Assembly: GCA_027729785.1 (NCBI GenBank) | Contig: JAQCDY010000001.1 | Span: forward strand, 1 to 54,543 | Source: Actinomycetota bacterium | GTDB lineage: Bacteria > Actinomycetota > Acidimicrobiia > Acidimicrobiales > Ilumatobacteraceae | DNA length: 54,543 nucleotides | Reading direction: 5' to 3' | Shown here: positions 8,032-16,736 of the stretch, one piece after another | Position numbering within the stretch: the stretch's first letter is position 1 | Layout of the letters: every line of letters starts with the position of its first letter | Program-made: the position numbers and the translations under genes | Notes under the pieces: model-generated | Told to the model about the DNA's origin: nothing | Seen by the model: only the letters and a program-made list of their open reading frames with translations | Databases searched by the model: none

Positions 8032-9152
8032 CGATGAAGTTGTTCGACACGGCAAAAAAGCGTGTCGTTGATTTTCGGTCGGACAAACAAGTTTTGATGT
8101 ACACGTGTGGCATCACGCCGTACGACGCAACTCACATCGGTCATGCTTTTACTTTTGTAACTTATGACGTCGTTCAACGTCGACTAATTGATTTGGGTCA
8201 CACCGTCAAATGTGTTCGCAATGTGACGGACATAGATGACCCACTTTTTGCCAAGGCACGCGAGTTGGGTGTCCACTATTTGGATCTGGCGGCGGGTGAA
8301 GAGGCCAGGTTCAATGCTGATATGAAGGCGCTGAACGTGCTCGATATCTACAGCGCACCGCGCGCTTCTTCGGCGATTGCAGACATCAGGGGTTTTATCG
8401 GGATGGTCTTGGATCGGGGATTCGCATATCAGGCCGGTGAGAGCGTTTATTTTGACGTGACCAGGTTCGATTCGTTTGGCGGTGTTTCTAATTACGACAC
8501 GCAAACGATGATGGGGTTGGCTGCAGAACGCGGTGGACATGTCGAAGATCCACACAAACGAAATCCGCTGGATTTTGTTTTATGGCAGCCATCGGCGGCA
8601 GACGAACCGAGCTGGGAAACGATGTGGGGGCCGGGACGCCCTGGATGGCATATCGAGTGTTCAGCCCTTGCGTTGCGCGAACTTGGGTCGACGATTGACT
8701 TGCACGGAGGTGGCACTGATTTGATTTTTCCGCATCACGAGTGTGAGCGCGCGCAGTCTGAGGCGGCAACGGGCGAATTATTTGTCAAACATTGGATGCA
8801 CGTGGCGATGGTGTTCATGAACGGCAGCAAGATGTCAAAGAGCCTTGGCAATCTTGAATTTGTCGACCGCTTGCGCAAGCAACATGATCCGCGGGCGATT
8901 CGTCTGGCATTGATCGCCAATCATTATCGAACTGAATGGGAGTGGAACGCTGCTTCAATGTCGAATGCGCAACAGCGCTTGGCTCTTTGGTCAGGTGCGA
9001 ATTCTGGCGATGGTAACGCCGGGCTCGAAGACGTTCGAAGCGCGCTTGATGACGACTTGAATACTCCAGCGGCGATAAATGAGATCGATCGCGCGGCGAG
9101 GTCGGGTTACAGTGTCATGGCCGCCGCGGGTCTGCTCGGTGTTGACTTGTGA
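8028..9152 (+). CDS. mshC: L-cysteine:1D-myo-inositol 2-amino-2-deoxy-alpha-D-glucopyranoside ligase (mycothiol ligase MshC), a CysRS paralogue
   Basis: It has a class I aaRS core with HIGH (THIGHA), WHIECS, HHECE and KMSKS. At 374 aa it lacks the CysRS anticodon-binding domain, and the C-terminal ...LLGVDL matches my memory of MshC. The start is TTG 8028 or ATG 8034. Confidence 0.75.
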   Translation: MTMKLFDTAKKRVVDFRSDKQVLMYTCGITPYDATHIGHAFTFVTYDVVQRRLIDLGHTVKCVRNVTDIDDPLFAKARELGVHYLDLAAGEEARFNADMKALNVLDIYSAPRASSAIADIRGFIGMVLDRGFAYQAGESVYFDVTRFDSFGGVSNYDTQTMMGLAAERGGHVEDPHKRNPLDFVLWQPSAADEPSWETMWGPGRPGWHIECSALALRELGSTIDLHGGGTDLIFPHHECERAQSEAATGELFVKHWMHVAMVFMNGSKMSKSLGNLEFVDRLRKQHDPRAIRLALIANHYRTEWEWNAASMSNAQQRLALWSGANSGDGNAGLEDVRSALDDDLNTPAAINEIDRAARSGYSVMAAAGLLGVDL

Positions 9153-9889
9153 GCGTGAGATTCACTCGACGCCGACAAAAAGTTGGCTATGACCCGACAA
9201 AGTATGTCGGGGCAACAAAATTTCAAACTCGTTTCCGTCCATTCTGTAGATTTTTTGCCAAGCGACTGTGGAGGTTCTCGCTCGAAGGCTTCGATCAGAT
9301 TCCGCAGACCGGCCCAGCCATTCTTTGTGCAAACCACATCAGTTTCTTGGATTCAGTTTTTATGCTCACATATTCTCCACGCAATATGTCGGTAGTCGGT
9401 AAGAGTGAGTACATGGATTCATTCAAGACCCGTTGGTTGTTCACCAAGATTGGGATGATCCCGCTCGATCGCACTGGTGGTGACAGTGCAAGTTCGGCAA
9501 TGCTCGCAGTTGAGGGAGTTCTGGCTCGAGGCGAATTGTTCGGGATATTTCCTGAGGGCACACGAAGCAGAAGCGGAAAACTATATAAAGGTCGTACCGG
9601 GGCGGCGCGACTCGCGCTGAAGTTTGGTTGTCCCGTATTTCCGGTTGGCATAACCGGAACGAGTGAAATTATGGCTCCCGATACGGTGATGCCAAAATTT
9701 GGCAAGCGTTGCAAAATTCAAATTGGCGCCCCGATCGACACCCAAAAATATTTGTCGCGCGCTGGTGAGCCTGAGGTTTTGCGCGAGCTGACAGACGAGA
9801 TCATGGTGCGAATTCAGGCACTTACTGGTCAAGAGTATGTCTACGAATATGCGCCAAAGGGCTCGAACCCCAATCGAACCCACATCTAA
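9149..9889 (+). CDS. 1-acyl-sn-glycerol-3-phosphate acyltransferase family protein (PlsC-like)
   Basis: Contains the HX4D motif (CANHISFLD) and FPEGTRSRSG. The GTG start overlaps the mshC stop (GTGA). Confidence 0.85.
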   Translation: MSVRFTRRRQKVGYDPTKYVGATKFQTRFRPFCRFFAKRLWRFSLEGFDQIPQTGPAILCANHISFLDSVFMLTYSPRNMSVVGKSEYMDSFKTRWLFTKIGMIPLDRTGGDSASSAMLAVEGVLARGELFGIFPEGTRSRSGKLYKGRTGAARLALKFGCPVFPVGITGTSEIMAPDTVMPKFGKRCKIQIGAPIDTQKYLSRAGEPEVLRELTDEIMVRIQALTGQEYVYEYAPKGSNPNRTHI

Positions 9890-9902
9890 AACTGTCGCAA
9901 TC

Positions 9903-9908
9903 TAGACT
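9903..9908 (+). promoter_or_regulatory. -10-like hexamer TAGACT, 6 nt upstream of the thrS GTG (leaderless geometry)
   Basis: TAGACT-gttggc-GTG in the 25-nt gap after the acyltransferase gene. Confidence 0.4.
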
Positions 9909-9914
9909 GTTGGC

Positions 9915-11900
9915 GTGACAACTGGTGGCTCAATGATTTTGGTACGCCTGCCGGATGACTCAACAAGAGAGTTATCCGCAGGGTCGACGGGCATAGATCT
10001 GGCACAGGCGATTGGCAAAAGACTCGCGCAGGCCGCTGTGGCCACCGTGATCAATGGTGTCGAGTCAGATTTGGGTGTCGCGCTTGTTGACGGAGCGAAA
10101 GTTTCAATCATCACTTCGGATTCGGAGGCTGGTCGCCACGTGCTGCGTCATTCGACCGCCCATGTGTTGGCCCAGGCAGTTGTCCAACTTTTCGAAGGAG
10201 CGAAGTTTTCAATCGGTCCAGCCATCGAAGATGGTTTTTACTACGACTTCGAGTTACCAAACAACAAAACTTTCAGCGATCAAGACTTGGTGGCGATTCA
10301 AGAGCGCATGCAGAAAATCGTTGAAGCCGATCAGCCATTCGTGCGTGCCGAAATGACGACCAAAGAAGCGTTGAAAATATTCAAAGATCAGCCTTACAAG
10401 TGCGAGATCATCGAGCGGGTGACGAAAGGCAATGGTGATTTGAGCGACGCCCTCGAAGCAGGCAGCGCCGACGCGGTGAGCGTGTATCGCAACAGTGAAA
10501 GTTTCGTCGATCTTTGTCGCGGCCCCCATGTTTCGTCCACTGGGCGACTTGGACACTTCGCATTGATGAAAGTCGCCGGCGCTTATTGGCGAGGCAATGA
10601 AAAAGGTCCGATGTTGCAACGCATCTACGGCACCGCATGGGAGTCAAAGTCGGCTTTGGCCGAGCATCTGCATCGACTTGAAGAAGCGGAGAAGCGTGAC
10701 CACCGTCGACTTGCGGTTGAAATGGATTTACTTTCGTTTCCTCAAGAACTCGGTGGCGGTCTAGCGGTCTGGCATCCCAAGGGCGGCATCATTCGTAAAT
10801 TGATGGAGGACTACAGCCGAGAACGTCACCAAAACGGTGGTTATAAGTTCGTCTTCACGCCTCACTTGGCCAACGCGCATCTGTTCGAAACTTCGGGACA
10901 CTTGCAGTTCTATAAAGATGGCATGTATCCACCAATGGAGATGGATAACGGCACTTATTATCCGAAGCCGATGAACTGCCCGATGCATTGCTTGATCTAT
11001 CGCGATCGTCAGAGAAGTTATCGAGAGTTGCCGTTGCGACTGTTCGAACTTGGCACCGTCTACCGTTACGAACGCGCCGGCACACTGCACGGGTTGTTGC
11101 GTATTCGAGGTTTCACACAAGACGACAGCCATATCTTCTGCACCGAGGAGCAAATGGCGGATGAAATTGCATCGCTGCTCGATTTTGTGTTGAGTGTGCT
11201 GCGTCGTTTCGGTTTCAGCGAATTTGACTTCAAGTTGAGCACGCGCAACGCAGAAAAGTCGGTGGGTTCAGATGAGATTTGGCAACGCTCGACCGATGCG
11301 CTGCAAGAAGCCTTGAATCGCCATGGCTTGCAGTACACGGTCGCCCCTGGTGACGCCGCGTTTTATGGGCCAAAAATCGACATCGATGTTCGTGATGCAA
11401 TCGGTCGCAAGTGGCAGTTGAGCACGATTCAGTGCGACTTCAATCTGCCCGAACGATTCGGGCTCGAATACATCGCCACCGATAACGCGCGCAAACAACC
11501 GATCATGTTGCATCGCGCCCTGTTTGGTTCGATTGAACGTTTCTTTGGTGTGTTGCTCGAACATTATGGCGGCGCATTCCCGACTTGGTTGGCGCCTGTT
11601 CAAGTTCGGGTGCTGGCGGTCGCATCGGCACACGATGAGTATGCGACAAAAGTTGTTGAGCAGTTGGTCGCATGTGGTTATCGCGTGGATCAACTTGTTG
11701 CCGATGAACAACTGGGCAAACGAATTCGTGCATCGAAGTTAGAGCGCATTCCGTATGTCTTGGTTGTGGGTGATGACGACGTCTCAAATTCGACTGTCGG
11801 TGTCAACCCGCGTGGTGGCGACGTTCGACGCGATGTGCCACTGACTGATTTCATCAACCAACTATCCATTGATGTTGGACAGGCAAAAAATGTTTCTTGA
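9915..11900 (+). CDS. thrS: Threonine--tRNA ligase
   Basis: It has a TGS domain N-terminus, the editing-domain motif HSTAHVLAQAV, class II motifs (RGFTQDDSHIF) and an anticodon-binding C-terminus. GTG 9915 is favoured by the -10 geometry; the alternative ATG 9933 is preceded by GGTGG. Confidence 0.96.
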   Translation: MTTGGSMILVRLPDDSTRELSAGSTGIDLAQAIGKRLAQAAVATVINGVESDLGVALVDGAKVSIITSDSEAGRHVLRHSTAHVLAQAVVQLFEGAKFSIGPAIEDGFYYDFELPNNKTFSDQDLVAIQERMQKIVEADQPFVRAEMTTKEALKIFKDQPYKCEIIERVTKGNGDLSDALEAGSADAVSVYRNSESFVDLCRGPHVSSTGRLGHFALMKVAGAYWRGNEKGPMLQRIYGTAWESKSALAEHLHRLEEAEKRDHRRLAVEMDLLSFPQELGGGLAVWHPKGGIIRKLMEDYSRERHQNGGYKFVFTPHLANAHLFETSGHLQFYKDGMYPPMEMDNGTYYPKPMNCPMHCLIYRDRQRSYRELPLRLFELGTVYRYERAGTLHGLLRIRGFTQDDSHIFCTEEQMADEIASLLDFVLSVLRRFGFSEFDFKLSTRNAEKSVGSDEIWQRSTDALQEALNRHGLQYTVAPGDAAFYGPKIDIDVRDAIGRKWQLSTIQCDFNLPERFGLEYIATDNARKQPIMLHRALFGSIERFFGVLLEHYGGAFPTWLAPVQVRVLAVASAHDEYATKVVEQLVACGYRVDQLVADEQLGKRIRASKLERIPYVLVVGDDDVSNSTVGVNPRGGDVRRDVPLTDFINQLSIDVGQAKNVS

Positions 11901-11918
11901 ACATTTGACGAGCATGTC

Positions 11919-12425
11919 GTGCTAGAGAGACTGTGGAACGGTTGGCGAGCCGATTATGTCGTGCATGGGCAAGGCGCCCAGCAGAAGTCGGATCAGTCGA
12001 TCTTTACGCAGATACTGAAAAGCGATTTGACCGACGAACAGAGCTACATCGTTCATCGTGGCGACAAAGTGTTTGCGTTAATGAACGTATTTCCATACAC
12101 ATCGGGGCATCTTTTGGTTCTGCCGTATCGGGAGGTTGCCGAACTCGAAGATTTGACCGAAGTTGAGACTGGTGAACTGTGGTCGACGGTGACGACTGCG
12201 GTAAAAGTTTTGAAGTCGGTTTATCAACCCGAAGCGATGAATGTCGGCATAAATCTGGGGGCCGCCGCTGGTGGCAGCATTGCCCAGCACCTGCATGTGC
12301 ACGTGGTCGGTCGATGGGGTGGCGACACCAATTTTATGGTGACTACCGCCAACACAAAAATTTTGCCAGAGGCTCTGGATGTGAGCGCTGATCGAATTCG
12401 AAAAGCATGGAAACTACAAAAATGA
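11919..12425 (+). CDS. HIT-family nucleotide hydrolase/phosphorylase (Rv2613c-like, Ap4A-phosphorylase branch)
   Basis: RLWNGWRADYV N-terminal motif, VFPYTSGHLLVLPYREVAELEDLT, and the histidine triad HLHVHVVGRWGGD. It occupies the same position after thrS as in Mycobacterium. Confidence 0.85.
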   Translation: MLERLWNGWRADYVVHGQGAQQKSDQSIFTQILKSDLTDEQSYIVHRGDKVFALMNVFPYTSGHLLVLPYREVAELEDLTEVETGELWSTVTTAVKVLKSVYQPEAMNVGINLGAAAGGSIAQHLHVHVVGRWGGDTNFMVTTANTKILPEALDVSADRIRKAWKLQK

Positions 12426-12437
12426 AAAGATTGAGCA

Positions 12438-12923
12438 ATGTCTAATTCACCCGATGAAATTCGAGATGAATTGCCGGACGACTTGAACGTCACTGCATTT
12501 GTGGGTCCTTATAAATTTCCTGACAACAGCCGCAGAAGAATTCCGGGAATAATTTATTTGGTGATTGCCGCAATTTTGGCACTGCTGTGGTTTTCGCAAC
12601 GCGACAACGAAACATCTATGGTCAGCGATGGTTTTTTAGGAAGCGCAATTTTTTTGGGACTAGTTGGTCTGTTTTCGCTTTCGGCGTCTTGGCGAATGAC
12701 GGTTGATGAAAAACTGGCACTGGTTTACGCGACGCGAGCAGTCGGCTTTGCTGTGGGTCACGCATCTGCGCAACAGGTGTGGCGCGGATTTCGTAGTCGT
12801 CCAACATGGCGTGTGATGATTTACAGCGCTCAAGAACCGCCGCTTCAGCGCGGGTTGGTTTTGATTGACGCGATTGATGCTCGAGTTATTGAGTGTTTAG
12901 TCGAATCAAATCCTGAGAGTTAG
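12438..12923 (+). CDS. Hypothetical membrane protein (two predicted TM helices plus a ~80-aa C-terminal domain)
   Basis: Hydrophobic segments IPGIIYLVIAAILALLWF and FLGSAIFLGLVGLFSLSA. I recognise no motif. It is tightly packed between the HIT gene and pgsA. Confidence 0.6.
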   Translation: MSNSPDEIRDELPDDLNVTAFVGPYKFPDNSRRRIPGIIYLVIAAILALLWFSQRDNETSMVSDGFLGSAIFLGLVGLFSLSASWRMTVDEKLALVYATRAVGFAVGHASAQQVWRGFRSRPTWRVMIYSAQEPPLQRGLVLIDAIDARVIECLVESNPES

Positions 12924-12926
12924 GCT
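12921..12926 (+). promoter_or_regulatory. -10-like hexamer TAGGCT, 6 nt upstream of the pgsA ATG
   Basis: TAGGCT-ggagca-ATG. The hexamer overlaps the stop codon of the upstream gene, so it could be coincidental; the GGAG is too close to the ATG to act as a Shine-Dalgarno. Confidence 0.3.
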
Positions 12927-12932
12927 GGAGCA

Positions 12933-13622
12933 ATGTTCGATGGCAAGTTTCGCCACCAAGTAGAGCGAGTTGTTCGACCCGTTGGTGAGCAACTTCGCAA
13001 AACAAAAATTTCGCCTGACCATTTGACGCTGGTTGGTTTGATCGTTGCCTGCGGTGCGGCAGTGGCAATTGGCATGGGGGCATTGCGCCTCGGCTTGTTG
13101 TTGGTTGTTCTCGCGGCCTTGCCCGATTTGTTGGATGGAGCCCTGGCCAAGGCTTCAAACCAAAGCAGTCAGCGTGGAGCATTCTTTGACTCGACGGTTG
13201 ATCGAGTTACCGATGCCGTGCTACTCGGTGGTGTTGCTTGGTTCCTGGCATATCAGCGAGGTCCTTATGCCTCTGTTTTGGTTTTCGCCGTGATGGCGGT
13301 TTCATCCTTGATTTCTTATCAGCGCGCCAAGGCCGAGTCGCTGGGTCTGAATGCCAAGGGTGGGTTAATGGAGCGAGCGGAGAGAATCATCTTGTTGTGT
13401 GTCGGTCTGTTGTTCGACGCACTTTTGTTTTGGGCGATGGTTCTGATGCTCGTTCTCGTGACGATGACGGCGGTGCAAAGGTTCTTCAAAGTTTGGAACC
13501 AAGCGGCCGTCGCACCTGCAACCGCGGATCGGGTCGCCTTGCGTCAGTCACGCCGTGCTTCACGCCGTGCCAAGCGCGATGATCGACGACTGCGCGTAAC
13601 TCGACGCCGTCGAGTGCAGTGA
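12933..13622 (+). CDS. pgsA: CDP-alcohol phosphatidyltransferase, phosphatidylinositol-phosphate synthase type (PgsA1-like)
   Basis: Contains the CDP-alcohol transferase motif DLLDGALAK...GAFFDSTVDRVTD and multiple TM helices. Its position in the thrS-HIT-pgsA-patA-pimA cluster matches mycobacterial Rv2612c. Confidence 0.85.
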   Translation: MFDGKFRHQVERVVRPVGEQLRKTKISPDHLTLVGLIVACGAAVAIGMGALRLGLLLVVLAALPDLLDGALAKASNQSSQRGAFFDSTVDRVTDAVLLGGVAWFLAYQRGPYASVLVFAVMAVSSLISYQRAKAESLGLNAKGGLMERAERIILLCVGLLFDALLFWAMVLMLVLVTMTAVQRFFKVWNQAAVAPATADRVALRQSRRASRRAKRDDRRLRVTRRRRVQ

Positions 13623-14494
13623 TTTTTGGCTATCGATTAATTTTGGGGCTTGCGCGCATCGCGCCATCGTTTATATTTTTGGCGATCAATTCGGTCGTCG
13701 TGCCGGTTGTTTGTCTCGGTATGCGCAGCCAGCGAGAGATCGTGGGCAGAAATTTGAGTCGGGTCGACCCAACTTTGCGTGGTCGCAGACTCAGGCGAGC
13801 AGTGCGCAAAGCCTACGAAAGTTATGCGCGCTATTATCTTGAAACTTTTCGATTGCCCTCGCTCAACAAGAAGCAAATTGATGCAGGCATAAGTGTCGGC
13901 GGCTTTGAACACATTCAAAATGGTCTAGAACTCGGTAAAGGCGTGATTTTGGCGTTGCCACACCTGGGTGGATGGGAGTGGTCTGGTCGTTGGTTGATTC
14001 ATCAAGGCCACGAATTGCATGCGGTAGTTGAAAAACTTGAATCTGAAGAAATGTTTAAGATGTTTCTTGAATTGCGCAAAAGCTACGGCGTTTCCGTTAT
14101 TCCGTTGGATGAGCATTCTGGTGTTGCGGTTCAAGAAGCACTGGCAAAAAATCAGGTCGTGGCTCTGCTCTGCGACCGAGATTTACAGGGCAACGGTGTC
14201 GAAGTCGAATTTTTTGGCGAGCGTACGACCGTGCCCGGAGGCCCAGCTTTTTTTGCAATACGCACTGGTGCAGCGCTGTTGCCGCTTGGCACCTATTTTG
14301 CGCGTGGCTTTGATCAACACGAAACAATCGTTCGACCTGCGATCAATGTCCAGCGCACAGGATCTTTGCGCGACGACATGGCTCGAATTTCTCAAGCCTT
14401 AATCCAAGAGATTGAATACTTGATTCGTCGGGCGCCAGACCAATGGCATTTGTTTCAGCCGAATTGGCCGAGCGACAAACTGGATAAAAAATAA
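13619..14494 (+). CDS. patA: Lauroyl/myristoyl (HtrB/LpxL-family) acyltransferase, phosphatidylinositol-mannoside acyltransferase PatA-like
   Basis: The pattern is LALPHLGGWEWSG...ALLCDRD...FFGERTTVPGGPAFFAIRTGAALLP. The GTG start overlaps the pgsA stop (GTGA). The genomic context equals Rv2611c. Confidence 0.75.
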   Translation: MIFGYRLILGLARIAPSFIFLAINSVVVPVVCLGMRSQREIVGRNLSRVDPTLRGRRLRRAVRKAYESYARYYLETFRLPSLNKKQIDAGISVGGFEHIQNGLELGKGVILALPHLGGWEWSGRWLIHQGHELHAVVEKLESEEMFKMFLELRKSYGVSVIPLDEHSGVAVQEALAKNQVVALLCDRDLQGNGVEVEFFGERTTVPGGPAFFAIRTGAALLPLGTYFARGFDQHETIVRPAINVQRTGSLRDDMARISQALIQEIEYLIRRAPDQWHLFQPNWPSDKLDKK

Positions 14495-15418
14495 TTAGCT
14501 AAACGCGTCAAATAACTGACCAATTGCCTGTGCTTGGCCACCCGAGGTTGACGACATCACGGCAATCGGCAGAACGCCCAATTGTGACCAATTATAAAGA
14601 CCATCGCGAACGCTGTCGGCGTCGCCTGAAAGAGTGCAGTCATCTAGCCACTGGTTGTCCATCGCAGAGATAATCTCGGCGTTGCGAGTTTCTTTTGCCG
14701 ACCCGGACAAAATTTTTTCGAATGCATCGATCTGCTCGCCGTAGCCACACGACCGCCAGTAGTTGCGATAGTTGGGCAGAGTGACATAGCCGACCAAAGT
14801 TTTGCGATGAATCGCACGGGCGGCTTCGATGTCGTCACTGATCACAGTGGGGACCATGTTGGCAAAAAACATCTCGTTGCGCCGAGATTCGGGAAGCGAC
14901 GCGAGTTGTGCGGCGATACTTTTGCGGCAGGCATTCGCCCAAATTGCACCACTCGATATCTCGCTGGCCAGCATCAGCATTTTGTGGCGTAGCGCGGCCA
15001 AATAGATCGGCGGAAGTTCACCCGAGAATCGCTCTTGGTTTTTCATCGCCTCGAGATAATTCTTGATATCGGCTAGAGGTGTGGCAGTGGTCGCCCCAAG
15101 ACGATTGATCACCGTTCCGTGGCTCACACCCAAACCGAGCCCGAATCGACCGTTCGAAATTTCGTGGATATGGGCCGCCGTGTTCGCCATTTCGATCGCA
15201 TGGCTGTAATAAATCGGCTGAATGGATGTCCAGAATTTGATCGAATTCGTGGTGTGAGCCAAAGAAACGCAAAAGCCGATTGTGGCGCCAAGACTCGGAC
15301 AGGCAATACCGGCGAAATTGAGTTCTTCTGCGCGACGCGCGAGGTCGAGCATCGCGTGTCTGCGTTTTGCTGTTGCGACCATTGATACTGCTGGTCGAAA
15401 GCTTTCAGGCGTCGTCAC
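14495..15418 (-). CDS. Luciferase-like monooxygenase (LLM) family, probable F420-dependent oxidoreductase
   Basis: LARRAEELNFAGIACPS...ISNGRFGLGLGVSHG is the typical LLM TIM-barrel signature. GTG 15418 is supported by the -10 geometry; the alternative is ATG 15382. Confidence 0.85.
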   Translation of the reverse strand: MTTPESFRPAVSMVATAKRRHAMLDLARRAEELNFAGIACPSLGATIGFCVSLAHTTNSIKFWTSIQPIYYSHAIEMANTAAHIHEISNGRFGLGLGVSHGTVINRLGATTATPLADIKNYLEAMKNQERFSGELPPIYLAALRHKMLMLASEISSGAIWANACRKSIAAQLASLPESRRNEMFFANMVPTVISDDIEAARAIHRKTLVGYVTLPNYRNYWRSCGYGEQIDAFEKILSGSAKETRNAEIISAMDNQWLDDCTLSGDADSVRDGLYNWSQLGVLPIAVMSSTSGGQAQAIGQLFDAFS

Positions 15419-15424
15419 GCAATC

Positions 15425-15430
15425 AAACTA
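15425..15430 (-). promoter_or_regulatory. -10-like hexamer TAGTTT, 6 nt upstream of the LLM GTG (leaderless geometry)
   Basis: The minus strand reads TAGTTT-gattgc-GTG within the 38-nt divergent gap. Confidence 0.4.
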
Positions 15431-15443
15431 GTCGCAAAGGTCG

Positions 15444-15449
15444 TACCGT
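15444..15449 (+). promoter_or_regulatory. -10-like hexamer TACCGT, 7 nt upstream of the pimA GTG (leaderless geometry)
   Basis: TACCGT-gtaggcg-GTG. It sits back-to-back with the LLM hexamer 13 nt away. Confidence 0.4.
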
Positions 15450-15456
15450 GTAGGCG

Positions 15457-16689
15457 GTGAACGATGTGTCCGACAGTCCAAAAGTTTCGACTGGTTCGCA
15501 GTTCGGCCCTAGTTACGTGCGCAAAAAAATGCTGCGCATCGGTTTGATTTCTCCTTACAGTTTGACGATCCCTGGAGGAGTTCAGGCTCAGGTGCTCGGT
15601 TTGGCGCGTGAGTTGCGCAAGATGGGGCATGAAGCGCGTGTACTTGGACCATGCGACGGTCCGCCACCAGAACCATTTGTGACGCCACTGGGCAACAGTC
15701 TGCCGACGGCTGCGAACGGTTCGATCGTGCCACTCGCGCCGGATCCATCTGCCGCGTTGCGCACGATTCGGGCGATCAATGACGAGGCGTTCGATGTTTT
15801 GCACCTGCATGAACCGATCGCACCTGGCCCGACAGTGACGGCACTTTTGTTGCGCTTGGCACCGATGGTCGGCACTTTTCACGCGGCTGGCGACATCGCT
15901 TGGTACGGCAGGCTGAGCAAAGGCGTGAATTGGATCGCCGATTTTTTGGATGCTCGGATTGCCGTGTCGCCACAGGCACGCGAACTTGCGCATCGATACT
16001 TGGGTGGCGAATATCAAATCTTATTCAACGGCATTGAAAATGACTTGTATTTGCGCACTGAAATTGTTCGAGGCAAAAGCAAGTCTGTTTTCTTTTGCGG
16101 TCGTTACGAGCCACGCAAAGGTTTGGCGACCTTGCTCGAAGCATTTGAAAAACTCGCCGACGACATTGAACTTTGGGTCGCATCTGACGGCGAAGGCATC
16201 GCCGAACTGAAAGCAAAATACGCCGGCGACAAGCGCATTTCGTGGTTGGGTCGCATAACCGATGCTGAAAAGATAGATCGTCTGGCAAAGTGTTCGGTGT
16301 TTTGCGCGCCGTCGTTGCATAGCGAGTCATTTGGCATCGTTGTGCTTGAAGCGATGGCTAGTGGGGCGCCAGTCGTGGCGAGCGCGCTCGAAGGTTATAG
16401 AAATGTTGCGACACACGATGTTGACGGTTGGCTGGTTGAACCCGGCGATGTGGCAGGACTAGCCGAGGGTTTGGCAAAAATCATCGATGACAAGAAATTG
16501 GCAGAGAGACTTCGCCGGGGTGGTTTAGAGCGAGCGAAAGAATTATCGATGCGACGACTCGCCGAAATTTATGTCGAGATCTATCACAAGGTCTTAGAGC
16601 GTGAGAGTTTTGATCCGGATCATCATCCAAAAAGTCGTGTTGTGCGAATGTTCGCTGATCGAGTGCTACGTCGACCTGAATACTCGTAG
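15457..16689 (+). CDS. pimA: GT4 glycosyltransferase, phosphatidyl-myo-inositol alpha-mannosyltransferase PimA-like
   Basis: MLRIGLISPYSLTIPGGVQAQVLGLARELRKMGHEARVLGP resembles the PimA N-terminus, and the GT4 C-terminal motif is ESFGIVVLEAMASGAPVVAS. The context is pgsA-patA-pimA. The internal ATG 15529 would give the canonical MxRIG N-terminus, but GTG 15457 has promoter-like geometry. Confidence 0.85.
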   Translation: MNDVSDSPKVSTGSQFGPSYVRKKMLRIGLISPYSLTIPGGVQAQVLGLARELRKMGHEARVLGPCDGPPPEPFVTPLGNSLPTAANGSIVPLAPDPSAALRTIRAINDEAFDVLHLHEPIAPGPTVTALLLRLAPMVGTFHAAGDIAWYGRLSKGVNWIADFLDARIAVSPQARELAHRYLGGEYQILFNGIENDLYLRTEIVRGKSKSVFFCGRYEPRKGLATLLEAFEKLADDIELWVASDGEGIAELKAKYAGDKRISWLGRITDAEKIDRLAKCSVFCAPSLHSESFGIVVLEAMASGAPVVASALEGYRNVATHDVDGWLVEPGDVAGLAEGLAKIIDDKKLAERLRRGGLERAKELSMRRLAEIYVEIYHKVLERESFDPDHHPKSRVVRMFADRVLRRPEYS

Positions 16690-16697
16690 CGTCGCAC

Positions 16698-16703
16698 TAG
16701 AAT
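16698..16703 (+). promoter_or_regulatory. Possible -10 box TAGAAT for lemA-htpX (leadered; SD AAGAGG follows)
   Basis: TAGAAT lies in the 47-nt gap, 33 nt before the lemA ATG. AAGAGG lies 6 nt before the ATG. Confidence 0.3.
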
Positions 16704-16736
16704 AAATCCACACCCCAAAAGAAAGCAAGAGGTTAT

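Noticed and set aside
8028-9152. This gene might be cysteinyl-tRNA synthetase (cysS) rather than mshC.
   Set aside because: At 374 aa it lacks the C-terminal anticodon-binding domain of CysRS (about 460 aa). Its C-terminus ends ...LLGVDL as in MshC, and the organism has other actinobacterial hallmarks. I cannot fully exclude a truncated CysRS without an alignment.
9933-9935. Internal ATGs at 9933 (thrS) and 15529 (pimA), considered as the true start codons.
   Set aside because: They are plausible on homology grounds (canonical N-termini; GGTGG before 9933). However, the upstream GTGs at 9915 and 15457 each have a TANNNT hexamer at the recurrent 6-7 nt distance. I kept the longer models and flag the ambiguity.
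15415-16017. A 200-aa minus-strand ORF overlapping the 5' half of pimA.
   Set aside because: It is Arg/His/Gln/Trp-rich junk-like sequence, antisense to a well-supported GT4 gene. It would also overlap the LLM gene start.
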